DNA of 64,000 nt from Octopus sinensis (GCF_006345805.1 NC_042997.1:88040001-88104000); one strand, 5' to 3'. Counted from the first letter of the stretch, positions 1 to 13,450 are shown. Numbers and translations: made by a program. The notes: generated by a model from the letters alone, not told the origin.

Positions 1-619
1 ATCAGGGAAAGAACTGGAGCGAATGTTTGTCAAATGTTTGTGTGACTTATTGATGTTATTTTAGTTGTTGTTTGTATTTTTGTGTAAGTATATTCATGTT
101 TGAATTTAAGCATTGTTTGAATAAAGGTAAAGTAGGAAGACTTGGAATATTGGGAATTTATTTGTCATACAAAATTTTAGGCATGAAAAGTAATCCAAAA
201 GTTAAAGTTGTCATGTTTTACTGAATGTGATTATTGAGAGTTGAAAATATTGAGGTTTTGTAAATTTAGTATATCCAGTGACTGAATGGATATGATTTGT
301 ACGTAGGCATAAAATTTTGTTCTCCACTAAATTCATGCATTAGTGTGATGCAAAAATGTCATGACTGTTCCCAAAGTTAAAGTTGTTGGCTGTGTAAATT
401 TAACATATCAAGTGGTAGAATGTATTTGTGCGAGTAGTTGTTGGTGAATATACTTTGTTAAACTTTATTCAGTCAAGGTTTCTATTTTATATGAATATGT
501 TTTCTTTGTTTATTAGTGTTCAGTCAGTGGTATTGACTGAACAAAGATAAGGTGAGAAGACTTGAAATTTGGGGGACTTATTTTTTTGTACATATGTCTA
601 TGTGCCCACTCACTAGAAT

Positions 620-1000
620 CTGTCTAGTACTGGAGTCTTGTACTATTCCAATTGAAAGTAGTATGGGAACCGCCACAATTTCTGCTTGTTAGCTAGTGCC
701 TTTGAAGGAATTGGAACTGGAGTCTTGTACTTGTTTAAGGTGAATAGTCAGTCTCCTGAGAGTAAACTTTGTTTGAGCTATCTAATCCTTGTTACATTCT
801 TTACATTTACTAGCTTATATTAAAATTTTGATGAAAATTTTAAATGATTTTTTGTGGTAATTTTAAGTTTTAATCCTGATTTAATTTTAAATGTTTTGTC
901 TTCAATAAGTTTGCAAGTTCTGCAATTAGCACAACCATAGTTTTTTGATGGATTTAGATTGTCTTTTGCTTTTGATTATTTTGTGTATTTTGAGTGCTTC
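620..1000 (-). pseudogene. Heavily decayed Penelope-like element fragment (linker + GIY-YIG endonuclease)
   Basis: Manual minus-strand translation gives SKRQSKSIKKL, GCANCRTCKLIE and ILI*ASKCKECNKD*IAQTKFTLRRLTIHLKQ, in the same order as SKRQPKN / C..C / LIYCIKCPNCEEIYVGQT..L..R..H in the PLE at 20.4-21.6 kb; stops and frameshifts present. Confidence 0.55.
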
Positions 1001-1202
1001 TTTATCCTCCATGGCTGTATGGAGACTAACATGCTTTTATAATAGATATATGTAAAAAAAGAGGAGAGAGAAATTTTATCACATGATGAGCAACTGAGGC
1101 ATTTCTCTATGAACAGTGTATGTTCAAAGTTAATGGTTATGTTTTACAGTGTTCATATATGCAAACAGACTCACACACCTGTACTTCCCACACTCACACA
1201 TG

Positions 1203-1244
<42 letters not shown>

Positions 1245-3311
1245 CATTTCCACATATGTGTATCTCCTTTTTTCAGGTATTGTGTATCAAATGCAACTTT
1301 TTTAAGATTGTATTGGGAAATTTGAGAGAGAATTGTTTACTATTTCTAGCTAGTCAACTGCCTGCAGAAAGTCCTCTTCATTAGCTCGTTTTTGTTTTCC
1401 TGGTGTGAATATAATTAAAGATATCTTAATTAAAATTAATTTAATACTGAATGCAGTCATGAGTCAGACTGATCTTTAGACCTCATTAGCAAAACAAAGT
1501 CTGCTGTAACTGCCAGATCTTTGAATAATTAGGGGGATAAAGTTTCCAGCATGTGTACAAGAACACTAACAATCATAATGATGTAAAAGAATGATTGGAA
1601 AAATATCTCCAGAGACACTTGCTGCAATAAAACTCAATAGTAAAGTGAGCACTTACATACATGACTTAGTAAACTAAGGAAGTTTAATTCAATAAAACCA
1701 ATCTTTAGTGATAAGAACAAATTATTATCTAAATGACTAAATTTGATCAAAAAAGTTGAGATAACCACAGAAATTTTAATTAAAATTAATTGCTTATAGA
1801 AAGATGTGGAGAGTGAGTCTAATCTTTAGTTGTATAGTAATAACTTAGGATGTGTTAGAGCTCATAAGTTAAGTATAGCATAACTGTAATAAATGTGTGT
1901 GTGTGTGTCTTTTGCAAAGAAGTGCTTCCTGATACATCTTTATGCTAAAAGTCTATAGAGATGCTTCAAAATATCCAGTTTTGTTAGATGTGTGTGTATG
2001 TGTGTATACACATATATAAAATTGTTGGCAGAATACACTCTGAAAGCTAATTCCTTGATGCAATCTGTGTGGCTGTTAGGATATGTTTGTTTGAGTATAG
2101 TTCTTTCAATTGAATCAATGGTGCACAGCTGCAACACATTCTACAGATTTCTGAGACATAAAAGCATTAAATACTAAAGCTATCATACAGAGACATAAAA
2201 TTTATCAATAAGCTAGATTTGTTCTAAGAATGAATTTGTAAACATTAGTAGGAACTGTGAAGTAAACAAACAGAATATAAAGAGGTATGTAAATGAGAAA
2301 GTCATGTGTTGTGCACACATTTTTTACAAACCGACAAGAAGGGAACTTCTACTTGGTTGCTTGAATTGCTAAAAATAATAGCCACATCTCTCTCAACTCA
2401 CACTATACCATAATGTTGTTTGGTGTACAAAATTTATGAAAAAGTTAGGAATACTTTTTATCATAGATCTTGTTTTATCAGAACCAACCTGGGCCTAAAC
2501 AAGTCACATTTCTTGGTTAGTGTTCATGATTTCCAATTACACCTGCTACTTTATCTTTTCTTCTTTATATCCTGCACTTTACATCTTTTTTATTTATACA
2601 TTTTTATATGCATGTAATATATGATGGTTAGCCTTCATGGTACTTTACTGCAGTGTCCAGAGTCTCTGCTGTGAAAAACTTAATCTCAATTAGAGTTTAG
2701 GGTTTGAGATACAATTAGTTTTAGACTGCACAATAAAATTTGAATGCCCTGTAAACTGAACACTAAAGTGGCACTGGAAAATATCTGCTTTTGTTGTTGT
2801 TAAGCCAAAGGTTAGCCTTGATCAAGCAAGCCTATTATCAATGGTATCCCAAAGTGGCTACTCAATTTTTTTCCCATAGAAATGCGTCCAAGATTACGTT
2901 ATTCTACATGTCCTTGTTTCTTTAAAATGTTAGGCTGTTATTTGAAGGAGATTTAGTGCTTTGTGTCCACCTGGTGGTGGATAAATATGAAGGAATTAGT
3001 TAATCATGAATAGGTTATTAGCCATCAAACTTCAGATGTAACTGATGATCAGAACCAGAGACTGAATCCAAAAGCAATTTAACAGCAAAAATTACATTTA
3101 TCTCAGGTTAAGTACTGAGGAATATTCTCCAGACTCATAGAAGGCTCTAAACCGTGGAACAAAAACTGAATAACTAATAACCAGCCCTGTGCATTTGGTT
3201 ACCCATACTCATTTAGTAAACACAGATGTGTATGTATATGTGTGTAGTAAATGATGCATGGATGTGTAGTTAAGAAGTTTTACAACCACAGGTTTATTTG
3301 TGAGACGTGAC

Positions 3312-3722
3312 AGGAGTGGCTGTGTGGTAAGTAGCTTGCTAACCAACCACATGGTACCGGGTTCAGTGCCACTGCGTGGCATCTTGGGCAAGTGTCTTCT
3401 GCTATAGCCCCGGGCCGACCAATGCCTTGTGAGTGGATTTGGTAGACAGAAACTGAAAGAAGCCTGTCGTATATATGTATATATATATATGTATGTGTGT
3501 GTATATGTTTGTGTGTCTGTGTTTGTCCCCCTAGCATTGCTTGACAACCGATGCTGGTGTGTTTATGTCCCCGTTACTTAGCGGTTCGGCAAAAGAGACC
3601 GATAGCATAAGTACTGGGCTTACAAAAAAAAGAATAAGTTCCGGGGTCGAGTTGCTCGATTAAAGGCGGTGCTCCAGCATGGCCGCAGTCAAATGACTGA
3701 AACAAGTAAAAGAGTAAAAGAG
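3312..3722 (+). mobile_element. tRNA-derived SINE, family A (young, near full length)
   Basis: A-box-like TGGCTGTGTGGTAAG, B-box GGGTTCAGTGCC, internal TA/TG microsatellite, 3' ...GAAACAAGTAAAAGAG tail. Related decayed copies at about 6900-7270(+), 14190-14370(-), 26205-26560(+), 30370-30590(-), 53450-53742(-), 54780-55170(-), 55700-55860(+). Confidence 0.85.
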
Positions 3723-3730
3723 AGAGAGAG

Positions 3731-4303
3731 TATTCACTCTCTGCATACAATTAGACTTGGAAAGTTTGTGAGAAACCCATTGACCCAATTTGCTGACTTT
3801 TCTGATGGCATGCAGGTGTTGATGAATTGTTGAATGACCAAATCCAAGCTTCTTTGCTACCTTCTCAACACTTACAATGAGACTTTCTTCCACCAAGGTT
3901 TGCAGGATGTCATCGTCGAGCTAGATCATTCAGGACAAGGCTTATCTTCTAAGCTGTAGTTTCTGGCTCAGAATTTCTGGAACCACCATTGACACTGGCT
4001 TATGCTTATTGTCCAAGCCCCATATGCTGCATTAATATTCCTTGCACTTTCTGCTGCATTGTTGCTTTTATTGAACTCATAAAGCTAAATATGCCAAATA
4101 TGCTCCTTTGTCACTTCCATTATAGCTTCAAGAAAAATAACTGTTAAAATCGAATTACACTCTTCAAAACTTGCTCTAAGAATATGTACAAGGTGAATTA
4201 TTACCTGCTTTTATAGCAAGTTGATGCAGGTAGTTTATCCTGTACTCCACTGACTTTTAGTTCATGGAATTGCAAAAACTGCATTATTTATGGGATGATC
4301 CTA
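3731..4303 (-). mobile_element. Mariner element, 5' half (TIR + decayed transposase N-terminus)
   Basis: TA|TAGGATCATCCCATAAATAATGCAGTTTTT terminus at about 4275-4303. ATG at 4120 gives MEVTKEHIWHI*LYEFNKSNNAAESARNINAAYG...QWWFQKF, then VAKKLGFGHSTIHQHLHAIRKVSKLGQWVSHKLS (HTH plus WVPHEL-like motif). Truncated by the SINE. Confidence 0.85.
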
Positions 4304-4340
4304 TATATATACATATATAAATATATATATATATATATAT

Positions 4341-4700
4341 CATCATCATCATCGTTTAGTGTCCGTTTTCTATGCTAGCATGGGTTGGACGGTTCAACTG
4401 GGGTCTGGGAAGCCAGAAGACTGCGCCAGGCCCAGTCTGATATGACAGTGTTTCTACAGCTGGATGCCCTTCCTAACGCCAACCACTCCGTGAGTGTAGT
4501 GGGTGCTTTTTACGTGCCACCTGCACAGGTGCCAGACGAGGCTGGCAAACGGCCACAATCGGATGGTGCTTTTTACGTGCCACCGGCATGGGGGCCAGAC
4601 GAGGCTGGCAACGGCCACAATCAGATGGTGCTTTTTACGTGCCACCGGCACGGAGGCCAGTCGGGGCGGCACTGGCAACAGCCACGTTCGAATGGTTCTC
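4341..4700 (-). mobile_element. RTE-type LINE 3' end / tail repeat with (GAT)n tail and internal 60-65 bp minisatellite
   Basis: Same sequence as the 3' UTR of the RT-bearing element at 58972-60808. Other truncated copies at about 5870-6327(+), 10457-10685(-), 13865-14115(+), 15090-15310(+), 30232-30372(+), 50940-51186(+). Confidence 0.8.
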
Positions 4701-4704
4701 TGTG

Positions 4705-4740
<36 letters not shown>

Positions 4741-5375
4741 CATCAGCATTTAACATTCATTGTCCATGCTGACATGGGTTGGACAGTTTGACTGGGCTGG
4801 CACATTGAAAGGCTGCAGCACACTCCAGTCTGATTTGGCATGGTTTTCTATGGCTGGATGATCTTCCTAACACTAACCACTCTTAGAATGTAATGGGTGC
4901 TTTTACATGTCACCAGCACAGGTGCAAATTTGCGTGACACTGATATCTGCTTTGACTATGATTTTACTCAGCTTGATGGGTCATTTCAGCACAACATAAT
5001 ACCAAATGTCTCAGTCATTACCTCTGTGAGGCTCAATACTCAAAAGGAACTTAACCACCTTGACTCCATGAGGCCCAATACTCGAAAGGTGTTCTTTATA
5101 TGCCACCAGCATGAGAGCACTTGGCTTGATGGGTCCTCTCAAACATAGCACATTGCAAAAGTTTTGGTCACTAGTCATTGCTCCTGTGAGGCCCAAAATT
5201 TGAAGATCATGCTTCACCACCTCGTTCCATGTCTTCCTGGGTCTACCTCTACTACAAGTTCCCTCTACAGTTAGAGACTGCCACTTCTTTTCACAGCTGT
5301 CCTTGTCCATACGCATCTCATGACCATACTAGCCTAGTCATCTCTCTTGCATACCACATCTCATATCATCTCAGA
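4741..5375 (-). mobile_element. RTE LINE 3' fragment including ORF C-terminus
   Basis: Track ORF 5011-5316: SLTVEGTCSRGRPRKTWNEVVKHDLQILGL, the G.R.RGRP.KTW RTE C-terminal motif; followed by 3' UTR and tail. Confidence 0.85.
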
Positions 5376-5407
5376 GTGTATATGTGTATATATATAACTA
5401 CACACAG

Positions 5408-5451
<44 letters not shown>

Positions 5452-5477
5452 CACAGACACACATATATCTAAAAATT

Positions 5478-5545
<68 letters not shown>

Positions 5546-5559
5546 TATAGTTAATTAAA

Positions 5560-5800
5560 AAAAGAGAGAAAGATGAGAAAAAAACAATAATGTGTGGATG
5601 TAGCATATACAAAGTATTAAGATGCTTGGAGAAGGAAAAGAGTAGTTGTTTAATGTTTTGAGCATAGCTTTTCTTCAGAAACAGGAAAAGCAGGGAAATC
5701 CAAAGGAAAAAGGAGGAAGAAAACTGTCAATAATTCACGTGTAGTTACATTTTTGAAGTGACCGGAAGTAGGGTAAAGAGAAAGTGCTTTTTTTGATGGC
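5560..5800 (-). mobile_element. PLE-type terminal (pLTR) remnant with decayed hammerhead at 5647-5683
   Basis: Minus strand TGTTT CTGAAGA AAAGC TAT GCTC AAAA CA TT AAACA: stem I and the CUGAAGA core intact, GAAA and stem III damaged. Confidence 0.5.
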
Positions 5801-6323
5801 AAGGAAAGTGAGATCACAGCCATAGCCTATACCAGTGTCATATAACTAGCGCATTTAAAAAGTACCTTCGAATTGTCATGCGACATTCCGTGCTTGAGGA
5901 GACCTATTGAGTCAAGTAAATCAAAATCAAATCAAATCAAATGGAAATTGTTGCATGCAATAAGCACCATTCATGTATGAGTCATTGCCAGATCCACCTG
6001 AGTGGCTCCCCATACTGGTGGCACGTAAAAAACATCATCTAAATGCAGTCGACGCCAGCCACCCTGCACCCATTAGCTCCTATGCCGGTGGCATGTAAAA
6101 GGCACCATCTGAACATGGCCAATGCTAGTGCTGCCTGACTGGCTTCCATGGCGGTGGCACATGAAAAGCACCCACTACACTCTCAGAGTGGTTGGTGTTA
6201 GGAAGAGCATCCAGCTGTAGAAACATTGCCAGATCAGATTGGGGCCTGGTGCAACCTCCTGGCTCACCAGTCCCCGGTCAAACTGTTCAACCCATGCCAG
6301 TATGGAAAATGGACGTTAAATGA

Positions 6324-6369
<46 letters not shown>

Positions 6370-6587
6370 ATAATATTAGGGAATAAATCCAAACTTACAG
6401 GGAAAAATTAGATTTAGTATTAAATCCAATTTTATAGTATAAATATATTATATTATATTAAATTAGAGATAAAACCACTATTAGGCAAATCAAACAGTGA
6501 AAAACATAAGCCAATACATAAAATTAATTTAAAAGTATAAAAGTTAAAAATTAAAAAATTATTTAAATAATTTAAACTTATAAATTT

Positions 6588-6629
<42 letters not shown>

Positions 6630-7486
6630 GTACAAAGTAAGATATGGGTTATGAAGGTAGCCCACTATGGGATATCAGTTATCCAATATACTGCTGGTAA
6701 AGTACCCAAATACTAAATACATAAATGCTTATAATTGCAATGCAATTAATTCATTTATTGTATTGAATGGGTGAAGTTAAAAAATATTTTACAGTAAATT
6801 CATAATACAAATAAGAAAATGGTGGAACAAATTCATTTCGATCATCAACTTACGGATATTACAATTTCATATTATTTATTAATTATACAAATAGGAACAT
6901 GAAAATCTTTCATGTTATTGCTTCCCAATCAAATGGTTTCTGGCTTAGTCCCACAAACATCTACTTAAATCCTGGACAAAACAAAGCATTGTGATCAGAC
7001 TTGGTAGATGGAAACTGAAAGAAGACTGTTGAATATGTAGATATATATCTGTGTATATTCATGTCTGTGTATTTGTGTTTGTTCCCCTTCACTGCTTGAC
7101 AACTAGTGTCGGTTAGTTAAAATTCCTGTAACTTAACTGTACAGCAAAAGAGATCGATAGAATTAGTACCAGGCTCGAAAATAAGTACTAGAGTAAATTT
7201 GTTTGACTAAACCCTTCAATGCAGTGTCCTACTATGACAGCAATCCAATACCTGAAACAAATAAAAGATAATATATATAGGTATGCATACCAGCCTCTCC
7301 TTCCTATGCCACTGATGTTATCTAAGGTAAAAGCAAAGGCTAAAACAGTTTGGCACCAGTGATATTGCAACATATTTCCACAGATGAGTGAACTGGAGCA
7401 ACATGAAATAAAGTGTCTTGCTCAAGAACACAATACACAGCCTGTCTAGGAATCAAACCCAACACCTCATGATTGTGAGCCTGACA

Positions 7487-8095
7487 CTAACATCCAGTCA
7501 GTATCATGGTGTTTGGAGTGATCACTAGTGATGGCAACATTATGCCTCCATTCATCTTTCCACATGGTCTCAGACTCAACACAGAGGCCTACATCAAGTG
7601 CCTGGAGAAGGTAGTGCTGCCCTGGATCAAGAGGGTGGCTGCTGGAAGACCCTATGTCTGGCAACAGGATTCTGCACCATGCCACACAAGCAGAAGAACC
7701 CAGTCATGGCTGTCAGACAATTTCTACAATCACATCACCCTTAATATCTGGCCACCTAACTCCCCAGACTGCAACCCCCTTGATTATTATGTGTGGGGCA
7801 CAGTTGAGCTAGAGACCAACAAAACTCTGTGTAACACCAAAGATGAACTGAAGGCAAGGATTATGGTAGCATTCACCAACTTAAACAAGGAGATCATCCA
7901 GAAGAGTTGCAGGAGATTGTGAAGTTGTCTGGAGGCTGTGGTTGAAGCCAATAGCAATTTTATTAAATAAATTTTCTCTTTAGTATTTCAAGATATTTTT
8001 ATGTAATTTTGATAAATATATCCTATGCTAAATGAGATGTCAGTATCATTTTAATTTTTGCATAATTTAGATGACAATATATTCACTGCACCCTG
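7487..8095 (+). mobile_element. Tc1/mariner DD37D (maT-type) element, 3' half
   Basis: ORF 7506-7922 has WQQDSAPCHT...WPPNSPDCNPLDYYVWG with 37 residues between the second and third D. It ends in ...CACTGCACCCTG|TA next to a TA microsatellite, and is 5'-truncated by a SINE at about 7290-7485. Confidence 0.9.
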
Positions 8096-9594
8096 TATAT
8101 ATATATATATAATGTGAAATAGAAAGATGAATAATCTTGTAGCAGATTAATCAAAAGTTTAACCGATACCTTGGTAGCAAAAATCACAGCAGAAGACAGC
8201 ACGGTTGGAGGTACAACCATATGGTGTTGCAACCGTGCGTTGGTGCGGATAATTGAATTTTAATATTATTAGTGAATTGAAGAAATGGAGCTGAACGAAG
8301 ATTGAACAGAAATCGTTTTATTTCATTCTACACGTGTTTCGAAAGGCACAATTTACCAAAATCCGAATGAATAATGAGACCAAGTGGCATTCAGCTCAGA
8401 TTGGAACAGCTCATCTAGCCCATGCCAGCATGGAAAGCAGATGATGATATTTATAGATTTGAATTGACAATTGTGATGGGGAAATATATTCAATACTAAA
8501 CAAAGTGAAATTATTTATTATTGTGCTGAGATTACTCTCTATTGCTAGTCTGACTTCTGTACTTCTTTGCTGATCATGCAACTAAAGGCTTTATTATAAA
8601 GCTCAGTATATATGACAAATATTCTGGTTATGGGCATTACATATGATAGGACAAAGTAGGCAGTTTTTATGAAAGAAATTGTAAGAAAAATTTGGAAAAG
8701 TTATAATAATGAAAAATTATATTAATGTAAGAATGTGTATCTCCAGCAACAACAACAAATAAGAGAAAAGGAAAAATGTAAAAAAAAAACTGGTATTAGT
8801 AGGAAAATACAAAACTAAACTAAAATGGCAGAATCATTAAGCTATAAAACATGTAAGCATGCATCTATACATAAGTATGTGTTGCGTATGTGTGTATATA
8901 TGTCTGCATGTTGTGTATGTGTAAGCACATGCATTTGTGCATAGTTGCTGCGTCATTCAAACATTTTATTTATTTTTTCTTTTTATTCTTCATATACTTT
9001 TTTTCATTTTTTTTGTTGTTGTCAGGGATGCATATTTTTACATGAATAAAATTTTTCTTAATATCTCTATATAATAATAGCCAATATATATAATGCTGGT
9101 TGGTTGAATGATTTATCTGGTCACACTTTACATGATATGGAGAGTGGGAAAGAAAGAATAAAGAATAGATACAGAGAGAGAGAGAGAGGGACAAGATATA
9201 GGGTGCATGAATGCTTGGTGAGAGACAATGAGTAAAAGAATGATACATACACACTATGAGGGAGAAAAATCACAGGCATGGGGGAAGTAGAGGCGTAAAT
9301 AACAGTACTTATGGTGGATAAATACATATATGTGTAAAATGAAAGATGAGTTTGTATGTGTATGAGAGAGACAAACAATTTTTTAAAAATCTATATATGC
9401 ATATAGTGTGTATAAGAACTTGTACACATAACTGGGAAAATATATTTTCATTTTATAGATTATATTCAAAAAATAAAAAAAATTAAAATATAATTGCTAT
9501 GTGGATTTTGTATTTCTTCTTATGGAAGTTCATTCATTCACACTCACTACCCACCTCTCTCTCTCTCTCCTTCAATATATATATATATATAGAG

Positions 9595-9930
9595 AGAGAG
9601 AGGAGAGGAGACCCCCTTTGGTCATGAATGACCATGGGATTGCATCTGGAAAGTTACCCTCTGAGGTACAAGTCCGAGCAAGGTTGTTTGTGGAAGGCCA
9701 GCAGTTACCCATAAATATTAGTTTCCCCTCTCCACACAAAGGGAAAGGCAAAAGCCAATACATCTTGGTACCACTGATATCACAACTCATTTCTACAGCT
9801 GAGTCAACTGGAGCAACATGAAATACAGTGTGTTGCTCAAGAACACAACACGCAGCCCAGTCCAGGAATCAATCTCAAAACCTCACGATTGTAAGCTTGA
9901 CGCTCTAACCACTGAGCCATGTGCCTTCAC
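9595..9930 (-). mobile_element. tRNA-derived SINE, family C
   Basis: Minus head GGCACATGGCTCAGTGGTTAGAGCG...GATTGATTCC followed by GTGTTGTGTTCTTGAGCAACACAC core-like segment; partial copies at about 7290-7485(-) and 22410-22600(+). Confidence 0.75.
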
Positions 9931-9939
9931 ATATATATA

Positions 9940-9981
<42 letters not shown>

Positions 9982-10114
9982 ATATATATATACGAGTGTG
10001 TATATTTATATATATATTTATATATGTGTGTATACATATACATGTATGTATATATATATAGATATATATGTATATGTATGTATATATATATATAGATATA
10101 TATGTATGTGTATG

Positions 10115-10161
<47 letters not shown>

Positions 10162-10456
10162 ATATGTGTATATATGTATGTATATATATATGTGTATATA
10201 TGTATGTACACATATATGTGTATATATGCATGTATACATATATGTGTATATATGTATGTATACATATATGTGTATGTGTGTATGTATATATATATATGTG
10301 TATGTGTGTATGTATATATATATGTGTATATGTATATATATGTATATATATATATGTGTATATGTATATATATATATATATATGTATATGTATATATATA
10401 TGTGTGTATGTATGTATATATATATATATATATATGTGTGTGTATGTATATATATA
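9931..10456. repeat. Degenerate (TA/TG)n microsatellite array
   Basis: Direct inspection; source of the spurious I/Y/V/C ORFs. Confidence 0.97.
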
Positions 10457-10726
10457 TCATCATCATCATCATCATCGTTTAACATCTGCTTTCCATGCTA
10501 GCATGGATTGGATGGTTCAACTGGGGTCTGGGAAGCCAGAAGGCTGCACCAGGCCCAGTCTGATCTGGCAGTGCCTCTGCAGCTGGATGCCCTTCCTAAT
10601 GCCAACCACTCCATGAGTGTAGTGGGTGCTTTTTACATGCCACCAGCATGGAGGCCAGACAAGGCTGGCAACAGCCACGATCGGATATATGTATTATATA
10701 TATATGTGTATGTGTATATATATGTA

Positions 10727-10762
<36 letters not shown>

Positions 10763-10764
<2 letters not shown>

Positions 10765-11408
10765 AGTATTAGAAATAGCTGAAGAAATTTCTTTAGCTGC
10801 TATTTCTAATGAGTTCAGTATGTGGCAAAGTAATTTATTTTACTAAGCCCTTATATATAATGTAATATTTTGAATTCGCCTATAATGGTCCCTTTACATA
10901 CTGAATACTTGGTGAAATTGATTAATAATTAATTAATTTTACCCTCAATTGTTGAAATTATAATTCATCTCTCTCTGCTAAATTCTGAGGTTTTCACCGT
11001 TAATACATGGTGTTTGTCAATTTTAACCCACGCTGGTGGAAAGGGGAGAGCAGAAATTCTTCGCTTGCATATTCGAATTTGGTAGCACTTTTAGTTCGAG
11101 CAGAATTCTAGAGGTGATTAGAAGCCGAAAGGGTATGCTCCCGACTTTCAGTGTTCCCAAATCCGATTCAAGGAATTCTGAGCTGGAGAAAGAAATGTCG
11201 AATTGACTAATCTAGAAACGTACGTTCTCAAATAACCTTTGCACTTGATTTTTTTAATGTTTTTTCCCCCATACTTTTGTGAGTTAGTTTAGGCAAACAC
11301 TATCTGAGAGAGATCTTCTTTAAGTATTAGAAATAGCTGAAGAAATTTCTTTAGCTGCTATTTCTAATGAGTTCAGTATGTGGCAAAGTAATTTATTTTA
11401 CTAAGCCC

Positions 11409-11409
<1 letters not shown>
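10763..11409 (+). mobile_element. 558-bp unit bounded by an 89-bp perfect direct repeat; pLTR/retrozyme-like, decayed HHR at 11179-11230
   Basis: 10763-10851 is identical to 11321-11409. Internal TGAG CTGGAGA ... GAAA CGTACG TT CTCA. Flanked on both sides by TA arrays. Confidence 0.6.
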
Positions 11410-11456
<47 letters not shown>

Positions 11457-11736
11457 ATATATATATATGTATGTATATATATTATATATATGTATGTATA
11501 TATATATATATATGTATGTATATATATATATATTATATATATATATGTATGTATATATATATATTATGTATATATATATATATATATGTATGTATATATA
11601 TATATATATATGTATGTATATATTATATATGTATATATATATATATATATGTATGTATATATAATATATATATATGTATATATATATATGATATGTATAT
11701 ATATATATATGTATATTATATATATATGTATGTATG

Positions 11737-11769
<33 letters not shown>

Positions 11770-11778
11770 GTATGTATG

Positions 11779-11811
<33 letters not shown>

Positions 11812-11843
11812 GTATGTATATATATATATATATATATATGTAT

Positions 11844-11881
<38 letters not shown>

Positions 11882-11915
11882 TATATATATGTATATATTA
11901 TATGTATGTATATAT

Positions 11916-12009
<94 letters not shown>

Positions 12010-12133
12010 ATATATATATGTATGTATGTATGTATATATATATATGTATGTATGTATGATATATATATGTATGTATGTATGTATATATATGTATGTATGT
12101 ATGTATATATCTATATGTATGTATGTATATATC

Positions 12134-12165
<32 letters not shown>

Positions 12166-12446
12166 TGTATATATATATGTATATGTATGTATGTATATAT
12201 ATATGTATATGTATGTATGTATATATATATGTATATATATATATGTATATATATATGTATATATATATATATATTTATATATGTATATATATATTTATAT
12301 GTGTGTGTGTGTGTTTATATATGTATATATATATGTATATTTATATGTGTGTGTGTGTTTATATATGTATATATATATATATTTATGTGTGTGTGTGTTT
12401 ATATATGTGTATATATATATGTATATATGTATGTATATATATATAT

Positions 12447-12482
<36 letters not shown>

Positions 12483-12490
12483 TAGATATA
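11410..12490. repeat. About 1.1-kb degenerate (TA/TATG/TG)n microsatellite array
   Basis: Direct inspection. Confidence 0.97.
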
Positions 12491-12511
12491 TGAAGAAAGA
12501 GTGAGGCATAA

Positions 12512-12940
12512 TTCCAGTTTGGTATTATACCACCTATTCTGATTCTTATATCTTTTTGAAAAGTACTATTTTTCTGTGGAACGGTTTGCAGTGATATTGA
12601 TAAAATTTTAAAAAAAGATTGGTGGGGAAGATTTTGTACCATTCTCTCCCCATTTCCACACTTTTTTTTACAACTGACTCCTGAAATTTTAACCATTTTT
12701 TAAACTTTTCTTTCAGATATATATGTTTGAAAATATCAGCATAATAAAAATATGCACTTTTTAAGAATTTTTAAGAAAGTATATTGGGAAATGGGAGAAT
12801 GATGTGAAACTTGTCCAAAAACAAAATAAATAAATAAAAGATTAATGTTATCAACATATTCTAAGGTATCTCTGCAAAATTTCATCTAAAAGATATGTAT
12901 TTTTTTATAGGGAAACATATTCAGATCACCAAACTGGAGA
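12512..12940. mobile_element. Old MITE-like inverted repeat
   Basis: Termini TCCAGTTTGGT...ACCAAACTGGA, with imperfect internal inverted segments (CCATTCTCTCCCCATTTCC vs GGGAAATGGGAGAATGATG). No clear TSD. Confidence 0.45.
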
Positions 12941-12989
12941 TATGCTATATATGTGTGTGTGTGTGTGTGTGTGTCTAGTAAACAAAGGT

Positions 12990-13450
12990 ATAAAGATAAC
13001 AGTATTACATTCTTTATTCAATAATAGTCATTTCAATAACCATTAGAATTCTTACATCAATCAGTGATGGGATATACATACAAATTATGAGTATTATCTG
13101 TGTAACTTAGTCTGAAGAAATGATTAGTAGAACTTTTATTCAATATTGTATAGAATAATATAAGTTGTATGTGTAACTCATCATGCTGATTGATGTCAAA
13201 ATTCTACAGATTATTGAAATAATTGCCAACATTTTCATTACTTTTTATTCTGTATATTACTGTACCAATCTCATAATCAGTATTCTTCCCAGAATTTCTA
13301 GTTTGTATGGAATGTTACTTGGATTAATAGACTTTTTTTTCTTGTTTTCATACCTATTCATTCTGTAATCCAAGATCTTGTATGGATTGCCGACTAGGTA
13401 TTTGCCTAGATTTCCTAAATCCTTATTTCTTAAATCACCACCATCACTAC
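12990..13450 (-). pseudogene. Very decayed CR1/L2-like LINE RT fragment
   Basis: Minus frame LAIISIICRILTSI...NHFFRLSY resembles YRPISLTSIICKILE...QHGFR..RS. Confidence 0.35.

Noticed and set aside
1-560. Possible PLE RT remnants (NNFNFG, T.FAPV) and a ~175-bp degenerate repeat
   Set aside because: Motifs need multiple frameshifts and are too weak to call by eye.
8290-8370. Minus strand GAAA CACGTG TA GAATG with an upstream CATTC, like the 3' half of an HHR
   Set aside because: No CTGANGA core at the position required for type I or type II topology.
9818-12696. Long ORFs up to 348 aa rich in Y/I/V/C/M
   Set aside because: They are translations of TA/TG microsatellite arrays.
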